DNA of 64,000 nucleotides from an uncultured Chloroflexia bacterium (GTDB taxonomy: Bacteria; Chloroflexota; Limnocylindria; QHBO01): positions 144,297 to 208,296 of the forward strand of contig CAWGTN010000003.1 in NCBI GenBank assembly GCA_963825525.1. Reading direction: 5' to 3'. Shown here one piece after another: positions 39,485 to 51,448 of the stretch (the first letter of the stretch is position 1; every line of letters begins with the position of its first letter). Made by a program: the position numbers and the translations under genes. The notes under the pieces were generated by a model. The model had not been told where the DNA came from, did not search any database, and worked only from the letters and a program-made list of their open reading frames with translations.

Positions 39485-39943
39485 GTGGTCGACGACGACG
39501 GAATCCTGGTTGCCGTGTACGGCACGCTTCGCCGCGGCGAGCGCAACCATGAGCTGCTGCGCGGCTCGACGTATCTCGGTGCCGCCGAGGTCATAGGGAC
39601 GCTTCGCGATGTCCCGAAGACGCCATACCGCGAGTACGCCTACCCCGCGCTGGTGCGTGAGCCCCGAGGCCGCGTGCAGGTCGAGGTCTATCGGCTGACC
39701 GGGCCGAGCGTGCTGGCCGAGCTGGACGAGCTCGAGCGCTACGATCCCGCTGACGAGGATGCGTCGCAGTACCTGCGTCGGGCCGTCGACATCCTCGACG
39801 GACCGGTCGACCGAGCCGAGGCCTACATCCACCACGGTCCAACCGATGAGCTGGGTTCGGTGATTGCCTCGGGGGACTGGCTGGAGCGTGGGCCGGATGC
39901 CCCGGCACCCGAGCTCAACCTGCCGGGTGACGCTCCGGTGTGA
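39485..39943 (+). CDS. Gamma-glutamylcyclotransferase (AIG2-like)
   Basis: [24 protein letters not shown]. Confidence 0.88.
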   Translation: MVDDDGILVAVYGTLRRGERNHELLRGSTYLGAAEVIGTLRDVPKTPYREYAYPALVREPRGRVQVEVYRLTGPSVLAELDELERYDPADEDASQYLRRAVDILDGPVDRAEAYIHHGPTDELGSVIASGDWLERGPDAPAPELNLPGDAPV

Positions 39944-42900
39944 CGCGCTCCGCCGACGGATCCTGAACGGCAGTCACGGTGCAATGGGGGTTGAGCGAGG
40001 GCATCCTCGAGCTGGTCGAGATACGGGCGCGCGCCGAGGCGCTCCATGATGGCCCGGGTCTCATCGGCCACTCGCTGGCGCTCGGACGCATCGAGAACGC
40101 CGGAAACGATGGCGTCGAGACCGGTGAGCGCGACGAGCCAGGAGAGTTCGAGCTCCTGCCAGCGTCGCATCGACATCGATGTACTGCGCGCGGGCCTCCG
40201 ACCGGCGACCTTCCACGGCCGCCAGCGACGCGGACATCCATGTCCGCTCGGCGTCCGTGCGACGCCCCTCTCGCCCGCCGGCGAACGCGTCGAGCATCTC
40301 GCGCAGGACGGCGGCGTCGCGCAGCCGCAGCGCGGCCCGCGCGCCGACCGGCGGCGCCGCTTCGGTGGCACCCTGGCTCGCGTGGCCGAGGGCGGTCCGG
40401 CACAGCGCGACGACCTCCGGATACCGGCCGGTCGCCATCATCTCAGCCCACTGGGCGAGGATGGCAATCCCCCGGTACTGTGCGTCGTCATAGCCGGCGG
40501 CCAGCGCGAGCGACCGCCGCGATCACATCCGCCGTCGGCTCGCCACGATTTGCGAGGATCTGGGCGTGGAGCGACCCGAACCAGAGTCGTTCGGCCGGTT
40601 CCTGCTCCTGTTCGAGCTCGTCTCGGAGCTGCTCGAGCGCCCAATCCCAGTGGCCGATGGCGATGGCCCCGTCGCAGGCATTGCCGACGAGGTAGCGGAC
40701 GGCCCATCGTTGTCCCCAGCGACGGGCCTTCTCGACCCCTTCTCGGGAAATGCGGTGGACCGCCGCGGGATCCTCCGGCTCCAGGGAATAGCCCAGGTTC
40801 ACGGTCGCGCGCAGGACCGAGTTCGGCAGGTTGAAGCGCTCGGCCATCGCCATGGCCCCGGTGAGCGTCGCCATCGACTCGATGGGACGGCCGATGTTGA
40901 CGAGTGCCACGCCGCGCGTGATGAGCAGCTCAACGGTGAGCTCGTTCAGCCCGCGCGCTTCGGCGGCGGGGAGTGCCCGCTCGGCGAGCGCAACGGCCTC
41001 CGCCGGTCGGTTCATGCGCATTGCCAACGTGGCCTGGGCCGTGGCCAGGTGGACGTACCCCTCCGCGTCTGGCGTGAGACCCGGCTCGGCAAGCGCTTCG
41101 GTAAGGAGCCGATGTCCTCGTTCCTGGTGGCCCTCGACCAGGATCTGACCGAGGAAGCCGGTCGCGCGGCGCCGTGCTCCGTCCTGCTTGAGCGCGGTCG
41201 CCAGCTCGACGGCACGCTCGAGGAGCGCGATCGCATCGTCCAGCTTTCCGGCGTCGCTGGCGGCATCGGCCGCTTCCATGCGGAGCTCGAGCTCGTCAGC
41301 GGCGTCGACCGTGACCTCGAGCGCCGTCCGGAAGTAGGTGACTGCCCGGGCGTGCGAGCCGAGGGCTCGAGCGCGCGCAGCCGCGCCGCGAAGTGCGACG
41401 CGCGCCTGCGCCGCCACCGCCGCCCCTTCGTCTCCATCGGGCTGGGCTCGGTAGGCCTCGATGTAGTGCTGGGCCAGCACCCCTGCCAGCTCATCGTCGC
41501 CAAGGGTCTCGAAGTGACGGGCCGCCGCGAGGTGCCGCGAGCGGCGGTCGCGGCGAGCCAGTGTCCCGTAGGCGACCTCCTTGATCAGGCCCTGCACAAA
41601 GCGGTACTGGCCGCGCTCCGGCGACCGCGGGTCATCGTCCAGGACCACGAGCTCACGCTGGGCGAGATGTCGCAGCCGATCCTCGACCTCGGCCGCATCG
41701 GCGCTCGACATGGCGGCCAGTGCGTGGGCGTCGAACGATAGGCCGAGCACTGAGGCGTCCTGGAGCAGGCTGCGATCGGTGGCATCCAGGCCGTCAAGCC
41801 GCGCCGCGATGAGGGCATGCAGCGTCTCCGGCACCGCGAGCTCCGAGAGGTCACCAACCGGCTGGTACGCACCATCCGTCTGCTGCAGGCGACCGTCATT
41901 GAGCAGCATGCGGACGGTCTCGACCGCGTAGAGCGGAATTCCCTCAGCGCGCGAGACGATGGTGCCGACGGCCGACTCGGGCAGGCCGGGGACCAGCCCG
42001 GCCAGCAGGTCGGTCATCTCGGCGTCGCTGAGCGGCTCGATGCCGATCGAGGTGAAGGAACGTTGCCCGGCACCCCAGGTCGGACGCCGGTCGAGCAGCT
42101 CAGGGCGGGACAGGGTGATGACGTAGATCGGCCGGCCGCGGGACCAGGTCAGGAGGTCCTCGATGAAGTCGATGAGGCCCTCATCGGCCCATTGCAGGTC
42201 CTCGAACACGAGAACCACCGGTCCGCTCTCGGCGATGCGCTCGAAGAACGTCCGCCAGGCCGTGAACAGCTCGCCACGCTCCGTGTTCGAGCCCTCCTCG
42301 ATGCCGAGCAGCTGGAGGAGGGGTCCCTGGAGCGATCGGCGCTCCTCGGCGTTGGGGACGAACTCGTCGAGCACGGCTGTCAGGCGCTCCCGGGTCGTGG
42401 CGTCGTCCGCGCCGTCGCCGATGCCGAGCCGCATGCGCACCATCTCGCTCAGCGCCCGGAACGTGATCCCCTCGCCGTAGGAGGGGGAGCGGCCCTGGTG
42501 CCAGTAGACCGTCTCGGTGACGCCGTCGATGTACTTGAGGAACTCCCACGCCAACCGGCTCTTGCCGATACCGGCCTGGCCGATGACGCTCACCAACCGC
42601 ACGCCGCGCTCGCGCGCCGTGCCGTGGTAGAAGTCCTTGATGAGCTGGAGCTCGGCCGTTCGACCCACGAACGGGGCCTCGAGCTGCTCGCTGCGCCCGA
42701 CACCGCCGCGCTGCGCCACGACGCGCACCGCCCGCCACGCAGCGACCGGCACTTCCTTGCCCTTGAGCAGGTGCTCACCGCCAGGCTCGTAGGCGATCGC
42801 CTCGCTGGAGGCCCGCCGGGTCGAGTCGCCCACGAGCACGGTCCCCGGCGCCGCCACCGACTGCAGCCTCGATGCGGTGTTCACGAGGTCGCCGGCCACC

Positions 42901-43466
42901 ATCCCCATGTTGCTGGCGCCGATCGTGACGGCGGCCTCGCCGGTCAGCACGCCGGCGCGGAGCGCGAGCCCGGGCGCTTCGGCTCCCTCGCCGATGCGGC
43001 GAACCGCCTCCACCAGGTCCAGCGCCGCCCTGACGGCGCGCTCGGCGTCATCCTCCTGGGCGACCGGCGTGCCCCACACCGCCATGACCGCGTCGCCGAT
43101 GAACTTCTCGATGGTGCCGCCATACCGTCCGATGATCTCGCGGCACGTCCCGAAGTAGCCGTCGAGGAGCTCGCGAACGTCCTCCGCGTCTCGCGACTCG
43201 GAGATGGTGGTGAATCCGACGAGGTCGGCGAACAGGACGCTGACCAATCGGCGCTCGGCGATTGCCGGGGTCGGCCCGCTTGCCGGGGTGGCCTCTGGAC
43301 CGTTCGCGGCGGTGGCGGACAGGGTCGTGCCGCACTCGCCACAGAACTTTCCGCCCGGGGGGTTGGCAGTGCCGCAGGTCGCGCAGGCAACGACCAAGCG
43401 AGTTCCGCACTCGACGCAGAACTTCTGACCCGTCTCGTTGTTCGTCCCGCAGGTCGCGCAGTTCAC
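39915..43466 (-). CDS. Double zinc ribbon + class III cyclase + AAA/STAND ATPase + TPR protein (frameshifts near 40515 and 40171; 3' end approximate)
   Basis: Four CxxCG motifs, [44 protein letters not shown]; C-terminus continues in other frames. Confidence 0.85.
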
Positions 43467-43565
43467 GTTGGCGTTGTCTCCAATCAGGGCGCAAAGTATC
43501 ACCGGCCGGTTGCGCGCGGGTCAACGCGACGCGGATCCGCGATTCGGACAAGAATGCGCGCAGGC

Positions 43566-43596
43566 CGATGATTCCCGCGGGCGGAGTCGGTCATAC
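43566..43596 (+). promoter_or_regulatory. SigG/ECF56-type promoter CGATGA-N18-GTCATAC
   Basis: CGATGA 43566-43571 and GTC 43590-43592, upstream of an MDR MFS gene. Confidence 0.65.
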
Positions 43597-43626
43597 CGAC
43601 CGAGATACCCGTTGACTGAGGACATC

Positions 43627-45289
43627 GTGACCGCTGAACCCCGCGCGTACGACCGCGCGCCCATCGAGCTTCCCCACCGCGTCCGCCTCGAGATCCTTGG
43701 CGCCGTGCTGCTCGGCATCTTCCTGGCCGCGCTCGACCAGACGATCGTCGGCACCGCCCTGCCGCGCATCGTCACCGACCTGGCGGGCAACGACCTCTAC
43801 GTGTGGGCGTTCACGGCGTACCTGCTGACCGCCACCGTCTCCGGCCCGATCTACGGCAAGCTGTCCGACCTCTTCGGTCGGCGGCCGATCTTCCTCATCG
43901 GCGTCACGGTCTTCCTGACGGGTTCCGTGCTGTGCGGCATCAGCCAGGAGATGTGGCAGTTCCTCGCTGCACGCGGGATCCAGGGCCTCGGCGCAGGCGC
44001 GCTGTTCCCGATCGCGCTGGCGATCATCGGCGACATCTTCGCTCCCTCGGAGCGCGGCAAGTACCAGGGCTTCTTCGGGGCGGTGTTCGGCGTCAGCTCG
44101 CTCATCGGCCCGGCCATCGGCGGCCTGATCACCGACAACTTCGGCTGGCACTGGATCTTCTTCGTCAACCTGCCGATCGGCCTTGTCGTGCTCTACGTCA
44201 TCTTCCGAACGCTGCCGACGCGCCGCGAGGACGATGCCGATCGCCACATCGACTACCTGGGCGCCGCCCTCCTGGTCGGCGCACTGGTGCCGATCCTCAT
44301 CGGCTTCACGAACAAGCAGTCCGGCGAATGGACCGATGCCGGGGTCGGCGGCCTCATCGCCCTTGGTCTCGTCCTGGCGGTGGCCTTCGTGTGGGCCGAG
44401 TCGCGGGCGCATGAGCCGATCGTCCCGCTCAGCCTGTTCCGGATGCGCACCTTCACGGCCAGCGTCATGGCCATGTTCCTGGCGGCCATGGGCTTCTTCG
44501 CCGCCATCGTCTTCCTGCCGCGCTGGTTCCAGGTGGTGGCCGGCGCCTCCGCCACCGAGTCCGGCTACCAGATCCTTCCGCTGCTGGGCGGGTCTGATCG
44601 TCTCCGCGGTGACCGCCGGCCAGCTCGTGGCGCGAACCGGGCGATACAAGACGCTCATCGTCAGCGCGCTCATCCTGCTGGCCGTCGGCCTGTTCCTCCT
44701 CACGAACATCCGGCCCGATACCGATCGCCCGCTCATCTGGCTGTGGATGGCACTGGCGGGGTTGGGGATCGGCCCGTCATTCGCGGTCTTCACGCTGGCG
44801 GTGCAGAACGCCGTGCCGATTCGGCAGCTGGGCACCGCGACCTCCAGCCTGACGCTCTTCCAGCAGGTCGGCGGGACCGTGGGGCTGGCGATCACCGGCA
44901 CCCTGTTCGGCTCCACCCTGCTCGATGAGATCCCGAAGCAGCTCACCGCGGCCGGCGTGCCGCCGCAGTTCGCGGACCAGTTCGCGTCGGGCGACGCGGG
45001 GAGCTTCAACGACCTGACGAGCGTCGGCGACCTCGGGGCATCGATCCTGGCCGGCGTGCCCGAGGCATTCCGTGCCCAGGTGGAGCCGATGATCCCGGCG
45101 ATCGTCAGTGGCATCCACACCGCGTTCTCGATCGCCACCGGCGCGACGTTCCTGGTCGGAATCGTGACGGCGCTGCTGGCGGCGCTCGTGGTGCTGGTCG
45201 TCATGCCGGCCGGCAAGATGGGGGAGCACGTCGAGGACGAGGCAACCTACGCGGAGATTGATGCCGTGGCGGCCGGCCCCGCCGACTGA
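43627..45289 (+). CDS. MDR/DHA2 MFS transporter, EmrB-like (frameshift near 44590)
   Basis: LDQTIVGTALP, YGKLSDLFGRR, WHWIFFVNLPIG; LLGG|LIVS joined by removing one base. Confidence 0.88.
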
Positions 45290-45331
45290 ACGGTGGACGG
45301 CCGATCTATCGGCGCGATGCACAATGCGACC

Positions 45332-48300
45332 GTGACCATCTCCGAAGAACGCCGCCTCGTCACGGTGCTGTTCGTCGACCTCGTCGGCTTCACGACCCGG
45401 GCCGAACAGACCGATCCCGAGGAGGTCCGCGAGGTCCAGCGTTCCTACTTCAGCGCCGTGGCCGCCGAGGTCGAGCGATACGGTGGCACCGTCGAGAAGT
45501 ACATCGGGGATGCCGTGATGGCCATCTACGGTGCACCCAAGGCCCACGATGACGACGCGGCACGCGCGCTCCACGCCGCCCTGGCCATCCGTGCCGCGGT
45601 GGCCGAGACGGGCCACGACCTCGAGATCCGGATCGGCGTCAACACCGGCGAGGTGGTGGGTGGTGCCGGATCCGGCCCGCAGGAGCACGAGTACACCGTG
45701 ACCGGCGACGCGGTGAATGTTGCCGCCCGACTCCAGCAGGCCGCCGAGCCGGGGGAGATCTATGTCGGCTCCACCACCCGCCGGCTGGCGGCCGAAGCCT
45801 TCGAGTTCGCCACCTTGCCGCTCATGGAGCTCAAGGGCAAGGCCGAGCCGTTCGAGGTCTGGCGCCTGGTCGGTGGGGCGGCCGAACCCACCCTGGCGCG
45901 TGGCGGTGAGGCCCCGCTCGTCGGCAGAACCCGCGAGCTTCGCCTGCTGCTGGGCGCGCTCGAGGAGGCGGCCGAGGGCCACGGCCTTCTCGTCGGCCTG
46001 TCCGGCGAGGCCGGGATCGGGAAGTCGCGCCTGGCGCTCGAGGTTCGGGCCCGTGCCGAGGCCGATGGCTTCACGACCGCGTGGGCCGCTGCCCCGTCGT
46101 ACTCGACATCCTTCCCGTACCACCTGCTCGGGCAGCTGGCGATCAGCATCGGCGTCGCGGAGGTCTCCGACGGCCCCGACCCCGGCCCCGATGCACGATC
46201 CGCTGTGGGCGGCCGCCCTGGCCGACCTGGCCGGCGCCGCCACCGACGCCCAGCGCCTGCTTCTCCGCGACGTGACCCCCGCACGGCGGCAACGGCTGCT
46301 GGTCCAGGCCATCGGCGCACGCATCACCGCCCGCGCGGAGGAGCGACCACAGCTCCTCATCCTGGACGACCTGCATTGGGCCGATGCCTCGAGCCTCGCG
46401 GTGCTCGACGAGCTCGTGGCCCTGGTCCCGGACCACCCGATCGCCGTGCTGGCGCTCTATCGGCCCGGATGGGAGAACCCGTGGGCGGGGCGTGGCTACT
46501 ACCAGCAGGTGAACCTCGCCGCGTTGCGCGACACGGACGCGGAGGAGATGGTTCGCGCCCTCTCGCCCACCTCCCCGCTGAGCGATTCCCAGACGGCAGC
46601 CCTGCTGACGCGGTCCGGCGGCAACCCCTTCTTCCTGGAGGAGCTGCTGCGCAGCGGCGCCGCCGGCAACGGTGCGGCCGCCGGCCTTCCGGAGACGGTG
46701 CACGAGCTGCTCCTGGCACGCATCGATGCCCTGGGGCCCGAGGTGCGGGCCGTGCTGCAGACGGCGGCCGTCGCCGGCATCAGCTTCAGCGAGCGACTGC
46801 TCCACGCGGTCGAGCCCGGCGCCGATCTCGAGGCGGCTCTCGGCGCCCTTCAGCGCGCCGATCTCGTGGTGGCCGCCGGCGGCAGCGGCGAGGATCGTTC
46901 GTTCGCGATGCGGCATCCGCTCGTCCACGAGGTCGCCTATCGGAGCCTGCTCATCGCCCGGCGTCGCGAGCTGCATCGGCGGATCGGTGCGTGGCTGGAA
47001 GAGCACGTCGGAGACGACGCGCTGGCCGAGATCGCCGCGCACTACCGTGACGGCGACGAGCTGGATCGGGCGCGCGAGCTTCTCCCGCGGGCGGCGGAGC
47101 GGGCTGCCAGGCTGAACGCTCAGCTGGAGGCGGTGGACGCATATGTCCAGGCCGCCGATCTCCTGACCGATGACCCCGCGCGCCGCGCCCTGATGCTGGA
47201 GCGCGCATCGGCGCACAGCTTCCTTGCGGCTCGATTGCCGCGGGCGCTGGAGTTGGCGACCGAAGCCCACGACCTCTACGAGCGGGCGGGGGATCGACTC
47301 CACGCGCTCAACTGCCGTCGGTTGCTCGGCCGCTACTCGTGGCTCGACGGTCGGGGAGAGGATGCGGCGCGCGAGATCGACGCCGCGGTCGAGGGTCTCG
47401 AGGCGCTGGACCCGAGCCCGGAGCTGGCGCTCGCCTACTCGTACCGATCCCAGCTGGCGTTCCTCGCGCCCGACTACGAGCTCGGGCAGCAGATCGCGCG
47501 CAAGGCCATCGGCGTGGCCGAGGCGGTGGGGAGCGTCGAGGCCCTGGCGCACGCACTGAACAACCTCGGGATGTGCCGCGCCGGGCTGGGCGACCCCGGC
47601 GGCATCGACGACGTTCGGCGCAGTCTCGCCATCTCGCTGGAGCACAACCTGGTGGATGACGCCAGCCGGGCGTACACCAACCTCAGCGGCCAGGGTGCGG
47701 CCATTGGCTTCTTCCCATATGGCGAAGCCGAGGCGCTCTACGCGGAAATGCTCGACTTCGATCTGCGTGCGGCACCCGGCGGCTCGTACGAGCAGTGGCA
47801 TCGCGCCGGACAGGCGGAGCTGTGGATCAGCATGGGTCGCTGGGATGACGCTGAGCGCCAGCTGCGCGAGATGACGACCCTGCTCCGGAGCGCGAACCGA
47901 TACATCCGGCTTGACGTCGCGACGTTCCTCGGCCTGCTCCTTGCGTACCGCGGACGCCACGAGGAGGCGGCGACCCTGGTCCGGCCGTACGCCGAGGTGG
48001 CGGTCCAGATCGGCGACCTGCAGGCCTATGGGCCGGTGTTCGTGGCCCTGGCCCACGCGTCGCGTGGCTCCGGCGAGGCGGCGGCGGCGACCGCCGAGAT
48101 CGAGCGCGGGATCCAGGTCCGTGGCGCGACCTCGGAACAGAACGTGAGCTCGTGGTGTCTCTTCGAATGGACCGATGTCGCCGGCTGGCTGACCCGAACC
48201 CCGGACGGGGCGGTGTCAGCGGCCGCGGTGGCCGCGGTGGCTGCCCTGCGGCGCATGTCCGAAGGCCTCGAGGCCGATGTAGCCCGGGGCGGAACCGAGT

Positions 48301-48581
48301 CCGAGCTCCTCGTCCGACGGGCGCTCTACCGCTCCGCGTCGCACCAGCTGCGCCTGCTTGCCGGTGACTCGGTTGACGGTGAATGGGCCGACGCGCTTCG
48401 GTCCGCGGCGGGTGACCTCCGCCGAGCGCACCGCATCTTCGACGCGGCACGCGTGGAGCTGTGGCTGGCCGAAGCCTCTGGCGACGACCACGGCGCCCGC
48501 AGCACCGCGCTGGCCACGTTCGAGCAGCTCCGCGCGGGGCCGTACGTGGAGCGCGCCCGCCAGGTTGCTCCGGCAAGGTAG
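45332..48581 (+). CDS. Class III cyclase + AAA/STAND ATPase + TPR protein (frameshift near 46190)
   Basis: VLFVDLVGFT, EKYIGDAVM, TVTGDAVNVAAR, GEAGIGKS, LDDLHWAD, GNPFFLEE. Confidence 0.85.
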
Positions 48582-48600
48582 ACCGCGCAGAATTCGTCGC

Positions 48601-48975
48601 ATGGATATGAAGCTCGAACTCGTCTTCGTGCCGGTGACCGACGTCGACCGGGCCAAGTCGTTCTATGTCGACCAGGTTGGCTTCAACGCCGATCACGACC
48701 AGCGCGTGAGCCCCGAGCTGCGCTTCGTGCAGCTCACACCGCCTGGATCGTCCTGCTCCATCGCGTTCGGTGAGGGGATCACCCCGATGGAGCCCGGTTC
48801 GCAGAAGGGCATCCAACTCGTGGTGGAGGACGTCCGCGCGTTCCGGGATCTGCTCGTTGCCAACGGCGTCGAGGCGACCGAGGTGGAGGATCTGGCCTGG
48901 GGCTCGTTCACGTTCTTCCAGGACCCCGATGGCAACGCCTGGGCCGTCCAGCAGCTTCCCGATCGGTCAGCCTAG
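48601..48975 (+). CDS. VOC/glyoxalase family protein
   Basis: PVTDVDRAKSFY, QLTPPGS, FQDPDGNAWAVQ. Confidence 0.9.
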   Translation: MDMKLELVFVPVTDVDRAKSFYVDQVGFNADHDQRVSPELRFVQLTPPGSSCSIAFGEGITPMEPGSQKGIQLVVEDVRAFRDLLVANGVEATEVEDLAWGSFTFFQDPDGNAWAVQQLPDRSA

Positions 48976-49750
48976 CCAGGCAAGGGTCACCAGCTCGGCA
49001 TAGAGCGCCTCCACGTCCACCGCCACGCCCTGCCGGCCGAACCACTCGCCGACGTTGGCGACGTCGCGGTGCAGGAGCTCGAACGCATCGGTGTTGGTGG
49101 TGAACTCCACTGCCTGCGGCAGGTCGATCACCACCAGCCGCGCCTTCCACCACAGCAGGTTGTAGGCGGACAGATCGGCGTGGACGAGCCCGGCCGACGT
49201 GAGCGCACGCAGCGCCTGACCCATCTGCTCCCAGGCCGATGCCAGCTCATCGGCCGACAATCGCGCCTGCGCCAGCCTTGGCGCGGCCCCTTCCTCCTCG
49301 TCGCCGATGAACTCCATCATCAGCCCGTCCTCGGACCGCTCGACCGGGTAGGGGACCGGCGATGCCGGCCTCCCACGCTCGACGCAGCATCTCCCACTCC
49401 TGCATCGGCCACAGCTGGGCGGCCAATTCGTGGCCGTATCGGCTGCGGTTGCCGGCCTCGATCGCGCGCCGATCGCGCGTGCGGAGGTTCCAGCCTGCCT
49501 TGTAGATCGCGTCTCCGCGGTAGAGGGTCGAGTTCGAGAATCCCTTCTCGCGCAGCTCGTCCTTGCCGGGGTAGCGGGGTCGATATCGCTTGTGGGCAAT
49601 GAGGCGAGGGCCGCTCGTCGCGAATCGGCGCTCGAGCAGGAAGATCTCGGCCTCTTTGCCTGATTTCAAGGTGCCGCGCGGGTGGTCCTCGTAGGGCTCA
49701 CCATCGGGCCAGACCATGGACGGCCCGCGCAGCGGTTTCGTGAAGGACAC
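48967..49750 (-). CDS. RIO1-family atypical kinase (frameshift near 49360)
   Basis: LKSGKEA, VPYP, MEFIG, LVHADLSAYNLL, IDLPQAV, RDVANV. Confidence 0.85.
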
Positions 49751-49935
49751 GAAAAAGCGCTCCCAGAATCATGGGTTGGAACGGAAATGTCGTCCCGACC
49801 GGTCTGGAGCGCTGCGATGTGCCTAGGTGCGCTCCGCGCCGTCGGGAGGAACGGCAATCGTGGTCTGCACAGCGTCCTCCTCGAGTGGTTGGCCTGATCG
49901 GGGGCGATCATGCGCCGATGCGACCAGTGGCGCAA
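49751..49935 (-). promoter_or_regulatory. RIO1 5' leader: promoter plus putative translational attenuator
   Basis: TTGCGC(49935-49930)-N17-CATGAT(49912-49907); alternative stems 49829-49847:49793-49812 versus 49803-49813:49756-49767, the latter covering SD GGGAG. Confidence 0.65.
49823..49870 (-). CDS. Putative leader peptide MQTTIAVPPDGAERT
   Basis: AGGAGG (49881-49876) 5 nt before GTG; TAG lies in the loop of the first stem. Confidence 0.6.
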   Translation of the reverse strand: MQTTIAVPPDGAERT

Positions 49936-50009
49936 GCCCTACAGGCGAGCCGCGGCACTCATACTCCATGTCATACTGACGCAGACCAAAAGAGCGAGCG
50001 AACTCCACC

Positions 50010-50267
50010 ATGACCTTTTCGCGGGATCGGCTGACTCGGGCGACCATCACGCTGCCGGACGACCTCGTCAGGGAGGTCGACAAGATCGCCGGGCGGCGCG
50101 GACGGAGCCGATATATCGCCGAAGCCGTCGTCCAACGCATTCGGCGCGACCAGATCGCGGCCGCCCTCGCCGAGACCGAGGGTGCCATGAAAGATCGGCC
50201 GGGCGCGATGACCCCCGAGGAGACACTGCACTGGATCGGGGAGCTGCGGTCGGAGGTCACGAGCTGA
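50010..50267 (+). CDS. CopG/RHH-family antitoxin (VapB-like)
   Basis: RATITLPDDLVREVD...RSRYIAEAV pattern, directly upstream of PIN gene; TCATACT direct repeat at 49959 and 49971. Confidence 0.8.
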   Translation: MTFSRDRLTRATITLPDDLVREVDKIAGRRGRSRYIAEAVVQRIRRDQIAAALAETEGAMKDRPGAMTPEETLHWIGELRSEVTS

Positions 50268-50269
50268 CG

Positions 50270-50653
50270 ATGCGCTACCTGCTCGACACCAGCGTGATCC
50301 TCGACCACGTCCATGGTCACGGACCGGCAACCTGGCTCCTCGGCCGCCTTCTCGACACCCAGGGTGAGCTCCTGACGTGCGACGTCGTCATCGGCGAGGC
50401 GCTCGTCAACGGTCCTGACGAACAACGAGAAGCCATATCGGTCGTGCTCAACTCCCTCGAGTACCTTCCCACCAGCCGGCGCGCCGCAACCGACGCCGCG
50501 GCCTTCCGCACGGATCGGCGACGGGGTGGGGAATCGCTGGGACTCGCCGACGCGCTGCTCGCGGCCGTCGCGAAGGGCGCCCGCGCCACGCTCGTCACCC
50601 GGGGCCGACCCGTCCTGGGATCCATCCCCGGACTACGAATCCTCACGTACTGA
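50270..50653 (+). CDS. vapC: PIN-domain toxin (VapC)
   Basis: YLLDTSVI, VIGEAL, LADALLAA, LVTR. Confidence 0.85.
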   Translation: MRYLLDTSVILDHVHGHGPATWLLGRLLDTQGELLTCDVVIGEALVNGPDEQREAISVVLNSLEYLPTSRRAATDAAAFRTDRRRGGESLGLADALLAAVAKGARATLVTRGRPVLGSIPGLRILTY

Positions 50654-50680
50654 GCGCGATCGCCGCGATACACTCGCGCC

Positions 50681-51440
50681 GTGACCTTCAATGTCGCCGC
50701 CGATGCCTACGACCGATTCATGGGCCGATATTCCACGCTCCTCGCGCCGCAGATGGCCGATCTCGCCGGCGTCGCAGCGGGACAGCGCGTGGTCGACGTC
50801 GGGATGCGGGCCGGGCGCGCTCATCGGCGAGCTCGTCAGCCGAGTGGGGGAGGCGTCGGTGAGCGCTGCTGACCCGTCACCGCCCTTCGTTGAGGCGGCT
50901 CGCCAGCGCTTCCCGGGCGTGACCGTGGAAGAGGCGCCGGCCGAGGCGCTCCCCTTCGCGGACGCTGCCTTCGACGCGGCTCTCGCCCAGCTCGTCGTCC
51001 ATTTCATGAAGGATCCGGTCGCGGGACTGCGCGAGATGAGGCGGGTCACGCGGGCCGGCGGCGTGGTCGTCGCCTGCGTGTGGGACCTGGCCGGGGGCCG
51101 GGCGCCGCTCAGCCTGTTCTGGGATGTGGCGCGTGAGCGGGATCCCGGGGTCATCGACGAATCAAACTTCGCCGGCGCGCGCCAGGGCCATCTCCGCGAG
51201 CTGTTCGAGGCGGCCGGTCTGCGCGATGTGACCGATACGGACCTATCGATCGATCGCCAGCACGCGAGCTTCGATGAGTGGTGGGAGCCGTACACCGGCG
51301 GCGTCGGCCCGGCGGGCGCGTACCTCGCAGGTCTCGATCCGGATCGCCAGGCGGAGATGCGGGAACGGTGCCGGGCCCGGCTACCGGAAGGCCCTTTCAC
51401 GATGACCGCCAGCGCCTGGGCCGCCCGCGGAGTCGTCTGA
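50681..51440 (+). CDS. Class I SAM-dependent methyltransferase (frameshift near 50802)
   Basis: AYDRFMGRYS; VDVG|CGPGAL motif I split by one base; AEALPF..FDAA. Confidence 0.85.
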
Positions 51441-51448
51441 CCATTCGG

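Noticed and set aside
39915-51440. Programmed frameshifting or mass pseudogenisation explaining split genes
   Set aside because: No slippery heptamers seen, catalytic motifs are intact on both sides, and single-base insertions fit sequencing error better.
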